DNA of 62,549 nucleotides from Actinomycetes bacterium (GTDB taxonomy: Bacteria > Actinomycetota > Actinomycetes > Actinomycetales > Microbacteriaceae). How positions within the stretch are numbered: the stretch's first letter is position 1; each line of letters starts with the position of its first letter. The position numbers and the translations under genes are program-made. Of the stretch, positions 17,543 through 27,301 are shown piece after piece. The stretch lies in the NCBI GenBank assembly GCA_023390155.1, contig JAEWDJ010000111.1, positions 1 through 62,549 of the forward strand, in the 5' to 3' direction. The notes under the pieces were generated by a model. That model was given only the letters and a program-made list of their open reading frames with translations, did no database searches and was not told the origin of the DNA.

Positions 17543-18474
17543 CCACTCCCGAGGCTGAACCCGCCGACCAGTCTGGCTACGTTCCCACGCCCCCGCCGCG
17601 GCCGACACCCACCCCGGCACCGAAAGGGCCCACTCGCACGCCACTGTACGAAGCGATGAACGCGGAGCGGTATGCCCGGCAGACCCTGATCAAGGAGATC
17701 GAGAAGGTCACCGACACGAGCCTCATCTGCTACATCTCCGGCGGACCCCAGATCGACCGCACTGACGTGATCGGCGTGGTCGATCTGCTCCACAACATCA
17801 CTCCCGGCACCGCGATTGACCTGCTCCTACACTCTCCCGGAGGAAACATCGACGCCGCCGAGAAGCTCATCCTTCTTATTCGCAAACGCGCCGGAACCGC
17901 ACCTGTCCGTGTCATCGTCCCCGACTACGCTAAAAGCGCCGGGACTCTTGTCGCGCTGGGCGCCAACACCATCGTCATGTCCGATTCCTCCGAGCTCGGC
18001 GCGATCGACCCGCAGGTAGACCTGCCCGACTCCAACGGTCACCTACAGCAGCTGTCTGCCCAGAGCTACCTGGACGCATTCCACCTGCATGCAGATCGGC
18101 TTAAGAGCGACCCCACAGACGAAGTCGCCCGACTGATGCTCAGCAAGATGGAACCGGCCATCGCCCGCAAGCTCGAACGCATGACCAAGAGGTCCCACTC
18201 GATCGCCGAGGCGCTCCTCGGCGAAGCAATGGTAAAAGATATCGGGCAGGCCACCGCGATTGCTAACCAGCTCAGCGACACCAAGAAGTGGCACTCGCAC
18301 GGGCAGATGATCTCCCACGAGACCGCCCGCGGCCTCGGCCTGAACGTCACCTATCTCGCACCGCACGACGACCTCTGGACGATGTATTGGCGCCTATTCT
18401 GCCTGCAACTGTGGTCCACCACCGGCAACGTCAAATTGTTCGAAAGCTCCTGGGCCTCTCTCGCCGTTTCCTAG
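17539..18474 (+). CDS. ClpP/S49-like (SDH family) serine protease
   Basis: LLLHSPGG..AKSAGTLVALGA..SELGAIDPQ..HSHG; coupled by an ATGA overlap. Confidence 0.85.
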   Translation: MTTPEAEPADQSGYVPTPPPRPTPTPAPKGPTRTPLYEAMNAERYARQTLIKEIEKVTDTSLICYISGGPQIDRTDVIGVVDLLHNITPGTAIDLLLHSPGGNIDAAEKLILLIRKRAGTAPVRVIVPDYAKSAGTLVALGANTIVMSDSSELGAIDPQVDLPDSNGHLQQLSAQSYLDAFHLHADRLKSDPTDEVARLMLSKMEPAIARKLERMTKRSHSIAEALLGEAMVKDIGQATAIANQLSDTKKWHSHGQMISHETARGLGLNVTYLAPHDDLWTMYWRLFCLQLWSTTGNVKLFESSWASLAVS

Positions 18475-18658
18475 CGGCCGCGGGGCTCGTCCAGGATGAT
18501 CGAGCTGAATGTAGCTACCAGCACTGATGGCATGGGCTCGTTAATCTCTAACGGCCTCGTCGCCCCTTCCTCTAAGGCGAGCTGAAGTGTTGGCGCAGTG
18601 CACAGCTCATCAGCCACTTACCGTTCCGAAAGACAGCGGTCTCGGGCAAACTGAGTTT

Positions 18659-19060
18659 GTGAGTGTGCAAGCTCCGACTCCCAGGCCCTTGGGAGTCTCG
18701 GACGTTGAAGCGGTCGAGCTGTGTCGTGAGTGGATGGTCTATCTAGGCGCGGCTGATTCAGTCGCGGCCTCAGGAGACATCCGCCACGTCTGTGATGTGT
18801 ACAGCCACCATTACCTGGCCTGGGTCGACAATCGGCTACAAAACCTAAACGCAGTATTTGTGCAGAGCGCAGCTCGAATGTGTGCGGGCGACGGACGTCG
18901 GGGCCTGGTTTTCGTGCCCGGGGGAGTGTTTCCTGACGCGCAGGACAATGCGGAAGCGTTGGGTGTTGCTCTTTTTCGGTTTGACCCCTACAGCGGCGGC
19001 CTGGACGGGGTGAACCCGCTAGGGCGATATTTTCGCACACACGGTCTCGCGCTCGCGTAG
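18659..19060 (+). CDS. Mrr-like restriction endonuclease-fold protein with atypical catalytic residues
   Basis: EAVELCREWMVYLG..CDV..LAWVD..GLVFVPGG..AEALGVALF follows the Mrr-cat pattern but lacks QxK. Confidence 0.45.
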   Translation: MSVQAPTPRPLGVSDVEAVELCREWMVYLGAADSVAASGDIRHVCDVYSHHYLAWVDNRLQNLNAVFVQSAARMCAGDGRRGLVFVPGGVFPDAQDNAEALGVALFRFDPYSGGLDGVNPLGRYFRTHGLALA

Positions 19061-19067
19061 AGCGGCG

Positions 19068-21803
19068 TCACAGCGAAGCGGGGCCCAATGCGTGCTTGGA
19101 GATGGGCGGGTGTGCTGGGCCAGTGTCGCTAAGGGCTGCGCGGTTGAGTTCTGCCTTCGCAGCAGCGCGAGACTTTTCGATCGTCTCCTCGACTGCGTGC
19201 CGCTGCATTGTCTCCACGAGCTGATCTGCTGCCTGAGCTTTCGTCGGAGCAAGCACGATCGCTCGGTTGTCGCTCTTCCCGCGCGTCATTCCGACGTAGA
19301 GTCCGGCGGCGTCGACGCCTGGACCGACTAGCGACACGTCCGTTGTCTCGCCTTGCACCCCGTACACCGTTGTGGCGTAGGCCAAGTGAAGGTGGGATCC
19401 CGCGTACGCATGCGTAATCTTCCGTAGATCGGTCGAGTCGTTCGCAGAGGCGAGCAGCACGTGGTCACCGGCGACTTTTCTGACCACCCAGGTCTGACGG
19501 TTTTGGACGTCGATCGCGGCGTCGTTGCGGCGAGTCTGCACGATGTCGCCAACGAAGATCGGCTGCCCGTCCCGGCCCGTCACACAATCGCGCGTTTCGA
19601 CCATTCCGGTCGCGACTCGTCGAGCTTGAATATCCTCGCTGACGGCTTGTGCTTCCGCGTGTGTGGCTGTGACTAGGGCGACGGATTGACGCTCGCGAGT
19701 CGCTTCAAACCATGCGTGAACCATGGCCTCGCGGGCCTCCAGATCATTGTTGGCAAGGACGACGTGGCCGGTGTTAATCAATTCCTCAGCGACCCTCGCT
19801 GCGTCTTCCGCGCCTCGCGGCTTACGTAGTTTCAGGGTCAGATCCCCCCACGTCGGATCGTCGAATCGATGGATCGTAAGGAGCTCGATTTGACGTGCGG
19901 CGTGACGCCAGAAGAGTGCCATCGCGCCAGAATGTCCGACTGGCAAAGCTTGGTGTTGATCTCCGACGACCGCGATCGATGCACCGGTTCGGTGAAGAAC
20001 GTCAAGCAGTGCGTTCGCTGCCTCCAGGTCGAGCATTCCGGCTTCGTCCACAACAATGCGGTCGCCTGGACGAATACGGATTCGAGGGCCGGCGTACTCG
20101 ACTCCGGTGGTCGGGTCGGCGTCCCCAACTCTTAGGCAGGACCACTCGACTGCCCCTGCATGGTTGCCCTTCCAACGCCATCCGTAATCGTGCAGGAGCT
20201 GATGAAGCGATGACGACGCGCTCTCGGTTGCCTGTCCGGCGACTGAGGAGGCCTTCTTCGTCGGCGCCACGATCAGCATGTTGCGGCCGCGGCGACGCAA
20301 TGCGGCGCCAGCGACCTTGAGCATGGTCGTCTTTCCCGTGCCGGCAGCTCCGGCAATGGCGACGACTCTGTCCGTTCCGGCGATGGACGACGCACCTTTG
20401 ATCTGGTCCTCATCCAGGATATGGTTCGGTTCGACCGCCCTCGCGATCGCGGTGGTCTCGCCTGACGACAGCACCTCACCCATGGCCGCGAGCGCTTCAG
20501 CCCTCTGGGCGACGGTGGCCTTGAGCATCGCGGTCGAGGTCGCCATGAGCCGCTTGACGTGCGAAGGAATCTCTGGCTCCGACAGGAGTGTCACCGTGTG
20601 AATCCGGATCGCGAGAGAGCACACCTCGTCGATCAGGGAGGCGAGCTGCGTCCGATCTCCGGTCACACCCGAGGCGGAGATTGATCGGATCGCCCCCGCT
20701 CGGACGTCCATGTCGCTAAATCGGCCGCCCGTGCCAGTCGACCGAGTGTCGGCATCTACGACCGCCGTCGCCGCGAGGAGCTCGATGTCGAGGTCCTGAG
20801 CGGCCAGCGCTCGAGGTGTCGCCGCTGGCCGCGAGCGGTCGAGCTCCGGGTCTGCACGAAAGAGCTCAGCCCTGACAACGGATGCCCAGTCGCCCTCGTC
20901 CACTACCCCCGGCTTGTTCGGCCTACCCACCGCCCACGCCCACTGGTCAATCTGAGCTAACACGGTAGAGGACGGCTCTTCACCAGGATGCTCCGCCCTC
21001 CAGGTGCGGAGACGGGTCGCCTTGTTTGCTTCAATCTGTGCGGACCTCTTGGATAGCGGTCGAACGAGATGCTGCAACTGGATGATCTCGCCGTCCGCGT
21101 TGAGCGTGAACCCCTTCGCCGCCAGCGCGGACACCCAGGCTGGGTCGGTGCGGGAAGCGAGGTCGCCTTCAGCGTTCACGACGTTCTGGAACCGCAACGC
21201 AACCCGAGTATCGACGTTTGACCAGCGCCCGTCCATGCCCTGCACTTTGACGTTCAACCAGAGGTGGCGGTGCTTGTGCGGGTCCAGCGACCGCGACCGT
21301 TCATGTCGCAGCTCGACCACCTCGACCCGGGCGAGATCTTCCCGGATGGCGCCGCCTTTGCCGCGGCGGGCGTTGAGTTCGGTCTGCCAGAGCTTGATGA
21401 TCCGGTCCCGCAACCGGTCCTGCAGATCCTCGTACGCGGCCGCCAGTTCGGGGTCGAGCATGGCTGCGATGGAGTACGACTTCGGGGCGTTGATCGTCGC
21501 ATCCAGGATCAGATCCGCCGCCGGCGACTCCAGATCCCGCCCCCGCCGCACACCGGTAAGCGGGTCGAGCCCGTCCACCCAGTCCTTCAGCTGGGCCCGG
21601 GTGAGGAGGTCATCGCGGATGGCCCCGTTCTCCACGATGTACCGGGTCATCACCGCGTCCGCGTAGCCAGCTGCAGCGAGCGCACCGTCCGCGGTCCGCG
21701 CGGTCAGTGTGGCGTCGCAGACCCCGTTGAAGGCGTACGCGGTGGCCTGCTTCACCCCTTGAGAAGCCTGCCCGCGTTTCCACCTGGCTACACCACCTCG
21801 CAC
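19068..21803 (-). CDS. MobF (TrwC-like) relaxase with RecD-like helicase domain
   Basis: DATINAPKSYS, HERSRSLDPHKHRH, Walker A GAAGTGKT, VDEAGM, YATTVYGVQG, YVGMTRG. GTG start (MRGGVARWKRG) inferred. Confidence 0.93.
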   Translation of the reverse strand: MRGGVARWKRGQASQGVKQATAYAFNGVCDATLTARTADGALAAAGYADAVMTRYIVENGAIRDDLLTRAQLKDWVDGLDPLTGVRRGRDLESPAADLILDATINAPKSYSIAAMLDPELAAAYEDLQDRLRDRIIKLWQTELNARRGKGGAIREDLARVEVVELRHERSRSLDPHKHRHLWLNVKVQGMDGRWSNVDTRVALRFQNVVNAEGDLASRTDPAWVSALAAKGFTLNADGEIIQLQHLVRPLSKRSAQIEANKATRLRTWRAEHPGEEPSSTVLAQIDQWAWAVGRPNKPGVVDEGDWASVVRAELFRADPELDRSRPAATPRALAAQDLDIELLAATAVVDADTRSTGTGGRFSDMDVRAGAIRSISASGVTGDRTQLASLIDEVCSLAIRIHTVTLLSEPEIPSHVKRLMATSTAMLKATVAQRAEALAAMGEVLSSGETTAIARAVEPNHILDEDQIKGASSIAGTDRVVAIAGAAGTGKTTMLKVAGAALRRRGRNMLIVAPTKKASSVAGQATESASSSLHQLLHDYGWRWKGNHAGAVEWSCLRVGDADPTTGVEYAGPRIRIRPGDRIVVDEAGMLDLEAANALLDVLHRTGASIAVVGDQHQALPVGHSGAMALFWRHAARQIELLTIHRFDDPTWGDLTLKLRKPRGAEDAARVAEELINTGHVVLANNDLEAREAMVHAWFEATRERQSVALVTATHAEAQAVSEDIQARRVATGMVETRDCVTGRDGQPIFVGDIVQTRRNDAAIDVQNRQTWVVRKVAGDHVLLASANDSTDLRKITHAYAGSHLHLAYATTVYGVQGETTDVSLVGPGVDAAGLYVGMTRGKSDNRAIVLAPTKAQAADQLVETMQRHAVEETIEKSRAAAKAELNRAALSDTGPAHPPISKHALGPASL

Positions 21804-22060
21804 AACCCCACGTTCCACACGCGCACCCGATTCGGCGCGCAAACGGCGCGCACATCTCGAAGAGTGCCTGCGTGCATCCGCTCTTTCTGTCTTGTGTCTG
21901 CGCTCGCTTCTTCCTCCGCCGTCTTGTCTCTTGCTCGCTCTTGTCTTTGCTCCCCCTCTCTCTTCATTGCTCTCTTCATTGCTCTCCCCTTCCTTCCTGT
22001 TCCTCTTCGCCGTCTCTTCTCTCGCGTCCCCGTTTTGCCGTTGTCTACCGCCGCGCGCCG
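21804..22060. other. Candidate oriT region with a long pyrimidine-rich tract
   Basis: Non-coding DNA upstream of the relaxase; GCGCGC repeats near 21820-21852; C/T-rich tract 21880-22030 with TCTCTTCATTGC x2. Nick site not identified. Confidence 0.45.
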
Positions 22061-22062
22061 CG

Positions 22063-22100
22063 CGCGAAGACCCCGGCCCAGTCGGGTCGGGGTCTTCGCG
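22063..22100. terminator. Stem-loop downstream of ardC
   Basis: CGCGAAGACCCCGGCCC-agtc-GGGTCGGGGTCTTCGCG. Confidence 0.7.
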
Positions 22101-22109
22101 TCGGTACCG

Positions 22110-22982
22110 CTATTTGTTGTGCTCGATGATCTCCGTAATGGTGTGGGCCGTCCTGAGCACTCGTGCCGCGGTGTCTCGAATGATGTTGACGTCCTCGTCT
22201 GCCCATCCGGTGATGTAGCCGATGCTGTAGGTGCTGGTGTCGAACCCGCTTAGGGCGGCAACGATATAGGCGACCGATTCGGCTTCGACTTCCATCAGGC
22301 CGTGGTGGGCGCGGTACTCCTGGATGTCATCGATGTGGTGAAGTTCAATGTGGGCGGTCTCGTGAATGAGGGTCTTTGCTGCGTGCTCGATGGCGAGGTT
22401 CTCAGCTAAGGTCACCTGGTGCGCCTGGGGGTCGGTGTAGCCGCTTGCGCTGCTGAGCACTGCACGGTGGAGGCTCCACCCGTGCGATTGCAGATGATGC
22501 GTCAGGGGAGCGATGATGCCGTGGTCGTCTTTGCCGACCAGTCGGCGGGTCGGTTCCTCGGGGAGCGGCTCGGCTCCTTCGATCGGGTCTGTCTGGGCGA
22601 TGTCGAAAACCGACAGAGTCGGGAAGTATCGAATCGCACGCTTGCCATCTTCGACCGCCTCGTCCGCGTTGTCGTCGTCGCGGTTGGGCTTCTTCTCGCG
22701 ATACCCGAAGATTTTGATCGATTTCTCGCCCTTGCGCACCTGGCGTCCTTTGGCCTGCCATTGCCGGAACCCGGCGATCATGGTCGCGTCTGGTTTCTGG
22801 GCGAGGATGAGGAGGAGGTTGTTCAGGCTGTAGTTGTGGAAGGATCGGGCGAATTCCAGAAATGTCCGCCATTGGCCGGTGTCGGCGAGCTGCTGGACCT
22901 GCTCCACGATCGCCGCGTGAAGTGCCTCCGCTTCTGCCTGTCGATGCGCCGCGCTTCGGGATACGCCCTTGCCGTTCATCAT
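22110..22982 (-). CDS. ardC: ArdC-like antirestriction protein (ssDNA-binding domain plus HExxH metalloprotease domain)
   Basis: FHNYSLNNLLLI..AGFRQWQAKGRQVRKGEK..VFDIAQT; HETAH..EVEAESVAY. Confidence 0.85.
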   Translation of the reverse strand: MMNGKGVSRSAAHRQAEAEALHAAIVEQVQQLADTGQWRTFLEFARSFHNYSLNNLLLILAQKPDATMIAGFRQWQAKGRQVRKGEKSIKIFGYREKKPNRDDDNADEAVEDGKRAIRYFPTLSVFDIAQTDPIEGAEPLPEEPTRRLVGKDDHGIIAPLTHHLQSHGWSLHRAVLSSASGYTDPQAHQVTLAENLAIEHAAKTLIHETAHIELHHIDDIQEYRAHHGLMEVEAESVAYIVAALSGFDTSTYSIGYITGWADEDVNIIRDTAARVLRTAHTITEIIEHNK

Positions 22983-23057
22983 CTGTGCTCCTCTCCTCGA
23001 CCCTTCTATGGGTCTGAGCCAAATCAGCGGGTGTTGCTTTGGTTGTCCCGCCGATCA

Positions 23058-23230
23058 GTTTTTTGCCGTTCCGGCAGAGAGATCGAGAGCGCGTGGAGGC
23101 AGCGCAGTGCCCGCAGTGAAGCGGTTGCTAAGTGGAGGGAGCGCAGCGAGTGGAGTCTGCAATTAGCGACCAGAGGGAACGGAGCCGCCGGAGGAAGCTA
23201 TGATCGGCCGGCGGAATGGCGACATCACGG
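23058..23230 (-). promoter_or_regulatory. Leader hairpin, copy upstream of ardC
   Basis: Reverse complement shares TTCCGCCGGCCGATC.TAGCT and GCTCTCGATCTCT..GCCGGAA with 43701-43855; loop CGCTGCGCTC. Confidence 0.7.
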
Positions 23231-23427
23231 CGAAAGAAGCAGCACGGCGAAGGCGTTCCGGACAGCAGAGTCTGCGCCGCCTCCGTGCGGCTCTAAATGC
23301 CCGTGGTGGTTATGAGAGGCCGCCGTGTGGCCACTCCCAGACCGTCGCTTATGTCATCGTCTCGGTCTGTTTATTTCTCGCGCATATCCGAGGAAGCTTG
23401 AGCCCGTCACTAGGGGGGTGACTCCGG

Positions 23428-23600
23428 ATGGGAACGCTGACGTATGACGCGGTCGTGACTGAGTTCGATGACCGTCTGCTCGCTCACCTGCAGATCGTGA
23501 TCGTGAACAAACTTGGCCGCCACGAATCGTTGCGATGTCCTGGCGGGACTCGGCGGAGGTGGACGTGGTGCGATTTGGCCGGATCCATCGCTCTCGCCGT
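23428..23600 (+). pseudogene. Frameshifted small Microbacteriaceae-type protein (MGTLTYD..DDRLLAHLQIVIVNKL)
   Basis: Conserved-looking N-terminus continues in other frames (MSWRDSAEV; GRGAIWPDPS). Confidence 0.55.
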
Positions 23601-23648
23601 TGCGATGCGTCATGTGCGGTTTCGTCGCGCGCCGTTCGCTGGCGCTCG

Positions 23649-24025
23649 TCATGCCCTCAAGGTCGAGATGCGACGCGAGGGTGCGCTGGAAGAACACGGC
23701 TCAGGCTGCGGCGGACAGGCGCGCGAGGACAGCTGCAGAGACCAGCGCGACCGATGTTCCTCGTCCTCGATCGCGGCCACGACACCGTCGTTGTCAAGTC
23801 GCATCAGGTCCAGCAGTAGGTGCCCCGGAACCATCCGCTGGGCATGCAGTTTGATCGCGACTCGCAGAGCGAGTTCCAGCGATCGCTTTGCGTCGGGGGT
23901 GAACGGGGGCCTGCGTGAGCTGCCCGCCGCGGCGATCCGGAGCGGCCTCGAGCGCACCCGGGCCGAAGTTCTGCTTGACGCTGGCGCGTACCGCGTCGCA
24001 ATCGACCTCGATGGCGCGCGCCCGC
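23649..24025 (-). pseudogene. Clp N-terminal domain protein fragment
   Basis: PFTPDAKRSLELALRVAIKL..GHLLLDL, preceded in another frame by AIEVDCDAVRASVKQNFGPGAL; no start. Confidence 0.6.
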
Positions 24026-24110
24026 CTCTCGATTTTTGTGCCGGAACGGCAAGAGACACGAACGAGTGCTTGGCGAGAGGACATAGAAGGGTCGCTGCGC
24101 TCGCTCCGGT
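24026..24110 (+). repeat. Partial leader-hairpin copy, inverted relative to the ardC copy
   Basis: CTCTCGAT..TGCCGGAACGGCAA, then CATAGAAGGGTCG (also in the ardC leader) and CGCTGCGCTC. Confidence 0.55.
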
Positions 24111-24284
24111 GGTCCAGGTCCCTTGCTCGTTCACCCCCGGCGCTGTTTCGGCAAGAGCGCCGAAAGGCAAATGGTTGGCCTGAGGAAGGAGTGCGCCATG
24201 AGCATGAAGGTCACGCTTTATACGTCGTTGGAATCCGAGGCCAGGCTCACGACGAAAGCCGCGATGGGCAGTGCCGAATCGGCG

Positions 24285-25346
24285 TCAGGAGGGGGAGTGA
24301 CGGCGACGTCTCGCGAGCACGAGCGAGATCCCGCCCACCACGATGAAGACGGCTGCGAGCGCCGGGCCGGCCCACTCCCCGTCATACCAGGCGAACGCGC
24401 GCGCGAGCGCATCGGAGCCGGCGGCGGAGGTGAGTTCGGCAGCGGCGAGGGCAGCGACCAGGACCGCCGACGCGACGCCGATCGCGGTCACGATGATGTT
24501 CCAGAGCAGCATGCGGCGCTCGCCGCCGCCAGTGGCGGAGTAGACGCGCAACATGTACATGCCGTTTACGGTGTCGAGCAGCGTTATCCCGGCCGTGAAG
24601 AACACCGGGATGGCCATCAGCGCGATCAGCGGTGCTCCCGCTACCGAAGCACCTGCGAGTACGACCAGCACTCCGATTTGGGAGCTGGTGTCGAAGCCCA
24701 GCGAGAAAGCGAAGCCGACTGCGAAGACATGACGGGGGTGCTTGACCCACCGCAGCGGCGTGCCGAGCAGCCGGCTGATCAGGCCGCCGCCCGGGCGCGC
24801 CGCCTCGCGCAGGCCCGCATCGGTCGCGCTCGCTCCTCCACGGTAGAGGCGGATGGCGGACGCCAGCCTGGGCAGGTTCGCGAGCGCGCAGAGCAGCAGG
24901 TACAGCCCAGAGCAGGTCAGGCCTACGATCCCGAGGACGGCGCCCGCGGTCGAATCCGGATTCAACGCCGCGGTGACCGCCGAGAACCCTGCGATTACAA
25001 GCGCGCTGCTGATCAGCACCACCGCGGAGTGACCGCTGGAGAACGCGAGACCCACCGAGACGGGTCTCCTGTCCTCCGCGACAAACTTGCGGATCGAGTT
25101 GTCGATCATCGAGACGTGATCGAAGTCGAGCGCATGAACGAGTCCGCGCCCGTATGCCACCAGAGCGAGGGACGCTAGGGCGAGCGCCTGGGCGCCGGCG
25201 GCGAGCAGAAGCCCGGCTCCGACCAGATGGAGCATCGCGATGACTACGAATGAGACGATCACGCGTGTCCTGGTCGGGAGGGAGGCGCGAGCGGCCGTGC
25301 TGCCGATGAGGTCACGAAAGCCGGTCCGTGTGGTCGCGGTCGTCAT
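24285..25346 (-). CDS. NiCoT (HoxN/NixA) nickel transporter
   Basis: HALDFDH..IDN, FSSGHS, FSLGFDT; multiple TMs. Confidence 0.88.
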   Translation of the reverse strand: MTTATTRTGFRDLIGSTAARASLPTRTRVIVSFVVIAMLHLVGAGLLLAAGAQALALASLALVAYGRGLVHALDFDHVSMIDNSIRKFVAEDRRPVSVGLAFSSGHSAVVLISSALVIAGFSAVTAALNPDSTAGAVLGIVGLTCSGLYLLLCALANLPRLASAIRLYRGGASATDAGLREAARPGGGLISRLLGTPLRWVKHPRHVFAVGFAFSLGFDTSSQIGVLVVLAGASVAGAPLIALMAIPVFFTAGITLLDTVNGMYMLRVYSATGGGERRMLLWNIIVTAIGVASAVLVAALAAAELTSAAGSDALARAFAWYDGEWAGPALAAVFIVVGGISLVLARRRRHSPS

Positions 25347-26356
25347 GCGATCCGGCCGTCCGAGCTGTGGCGGGGGATGAGCTCCGGCCGGATCGCGACG
25401 CGGCGCTGGATGTGCCCACCCGGGTCGTCGCGGATCTCGCGGATGATGTCGACCGTGACGTCCGCGATCTCCTGCACCGGCTGGCGGACGGTCGTGATGG
25501 AGAGGCGAGGGTAGGAGCTGAGCGGGATGTCGTCGAATCCGGTCAGCAGCACATCCTCTGGGACACGGATGCCCGCGTCGTCGAACGCCTGCATCACACC
25601 GAGGGCGATGACGTCGGCTGCGCAGACGATCGCGTTTGGGAGCTCCCCCTGCGCGAGCCTGCGCCCTGCTTCCATGCCCCAGTCGACGCTGAATGCTCCC
25701 TGGAGCGCGTCCGAGATGTTCAGGTCGACGCCTTTGGCCTTCGACTGTCGGCGGGCGGCCTCCTGGCGGCCGCGGGCAGAGGAGTCGGATGGCGCAGCAC
25801 CGACGTAGGCGGCCGTCCGCACCCCCTGAGCGGCCAGATGCTCGAACACGAGACGCATCCCGCGCTGCTCGTCGATCCCGACCCAGTCGGAGTCGACACC
25901 GTCAGCGAACTGGTCCAGCTGCACGATCGGGATGCGCGTGCCGGGTTCGTTGAGGGCGGCCTCGCTCGCGGTCACGTGGACGGGGGAGATGACGAGCACT
26001 TCCACCTGGCTCTGCCGGAGCGAGCGGACACGGGCGGCTTCGGTCTCTGCCGAATTGGACGAGCTGCAGAGGTGCAAAGACATCCCGAGTTCCTGGATGC
26101 CGCGCTCCACTCCGTCCACCAGGGTTGTGAAGAACGGGTTCGTCAGGTCGGGCACGACCATACCGACGGTCGACGTGCGGTCTCGGCGGAGCGCGCGAGC
26201 GGCGGTGTTGACGAAGTAGCCGAGCTCGGTCGCGGCCGATTCCACCTGATTGCGCAGCGCCTCGCTCACCGGCACGCTCCCGGTCAGCACGCGCGAAACC
26301 GTCGCCGTCGAGACACCGGCCAGACGGGCCACGTCGGCCACCGTTGCTCGGCTCAC
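25343..26356 (-). CDS. LacI-family transcriptional regulator
   Basis: TVADVARLAGVSTATVSRVL; IRVPEDVLLTGFDD..ITTVRQP. Confidence 0.95.
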   Translation of the reverse strand: MSRATVADVARLAGVSTATVSRVLTGSVPVSEALRNQVESAATELGYFVNTAARALRRDRTSTVGMVVPDLTNPFFTTLVDGVERGIQELGMSLHLCSSSNSAETEAARVRSLRQSQVEVLVISPVHVTASEAALNEPGTRIPIVQLDQFADGVDSDWVGIDEQRGMRLVFEHLAAQGVRTAAYVGAAPSDSSARGRQEAARRQSKAKGVDLNISDALQGAFSVDWGMEAGRRLAQGELPNAIVCAADVIALGVMQAFDDAGIRVPEDVLLTGFDDIPLSSYPRLSITTVRQPVQEIADVTVDIIREIRDDPGGHIQRRVAIRPELIPRHSSDGRIA

Positions 26357-26464
26357 TGGTTCCTCCTGTTGCGCTCCGTGAATGACCCTAGCGATCTGCC
26401 GGAAAACGTTCGCGAAGCGGTGAGCAAAAGTTACATGCCCGAAACACGCATTTCCTAAGATCGC

Positions 26465-26478
26465 TGTAATCGATTACA
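26465..26478. promoter_or_regulatory. LacI-type operator 1, TGTAATCGATTACA
   Basis: Perfect 14-bp palindrome with central CG in the divergent promoter region; identical copy at 35580. Confidence 0.85.
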
Positions 26479-26515
26479 TTGTAGCTGACAAGCTCGACGA
26501 AGAGAGGAGATCGCC

Positions 26516-27301
26516 ATGACAGAGAGCCCGACCATGACCGGGCAGCCGTTGCTCGAAGCGCGCGGAGTCGTCAAGCGATACGGCCATGTGGAGGCGCTCG
26601 GCGGCGCCGACTTCACCGTCTATCCCGGTGAGGTGGTCTCGCTGATCGGCGACAACGGCGCAGGCAAGTCCACGCTGGTGAAAATCCTCTCGGGGGCGGT
26701 GCAGCGTGACGGTGGCGAATTGCTCCTCGACGGCGAGGAGGTCTTTCCGAAGAGCCCGGTCGACGTGCAGCACCTGGGCATCGAGACGGTCTACCAGGAC
26801 CTCGCCGTCGCTCCGGAGCTCTCCGCATCGGCCAACCTCTTCCTCGGCCGCGAGTTGTTCAGGAAGGGTCCGCTGCGGCTTTTCGGGACGCTGGACGACA
26901 AGAAGATGCTGGCGCAGGCGTCGGAGCACTTCACCCGGCTGGGCGTGAACCTCCGCGACCCGCGCACCGCCGTCGCGAACCTCTCCGGCGGTCAGCGTCA
27001 GAGCGTCGCCGTCGCGCGAGCGGCGGTGTGGGCGACCAAGCTCATCATGCTCGACGAGCCTACGGCGGCCCTCGGCGTCGAGCAGACGCGTCGTGTGCTC
27101 GACCTCATACGGCGCGTCAGGGACTCCGGTATCTCGGTGGTCCTGATCAGCCACAACATGCCCGACGTGCTCGCCGTGAGCGACCGTGTCGAGGTCCTGC
27201 GACTCGGCCGCCGGGTCGCCCGTTTCACATCGGGAAACGTCAAGAGCGACGACCTCATCGCCGCGATGACCGGCGCAACGAGCTTCGAGGACACGAAATG
27301 A
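26516..27301 (+). CDS. Monosaccharide (CUT2) ABC transporter ATP-binding protein
   Basis: GDNGAGKST, LSGGQRQ, LDEPTAALG. Confidence 0.95.
   Translation: MTESPTMTGQPLLEARGVVKRYGHVEALGGADFTVYPGEVVSLIGDNGAGKSTLVKILSGAVQRDGGELLLDGEEVFPKSPVDVQHLGIETVYQDLAVAPELSASANLFLGRELFRKGPLRLFGTLDDKKMLAQASEHFTRLGVNLRDPRTAVANLSGGQRQSVAVARAAVWATKLIMLDEPTAALGVEQTRRVLDLIRRVRDSGISVVLISHNMPDVLAVSDRVEVLRLGRRVARFTSGNVKSDDLIAAMTGATSFEDTK

Noticed and set aside
23428..25178. Track ORFs 23428-24183 and 24123-25178 as real proteins
   Set aside because: The first is a frameshifted fragment reading into the antisense of a Clp-N relic; the second is antisense to the NiCoT gene.
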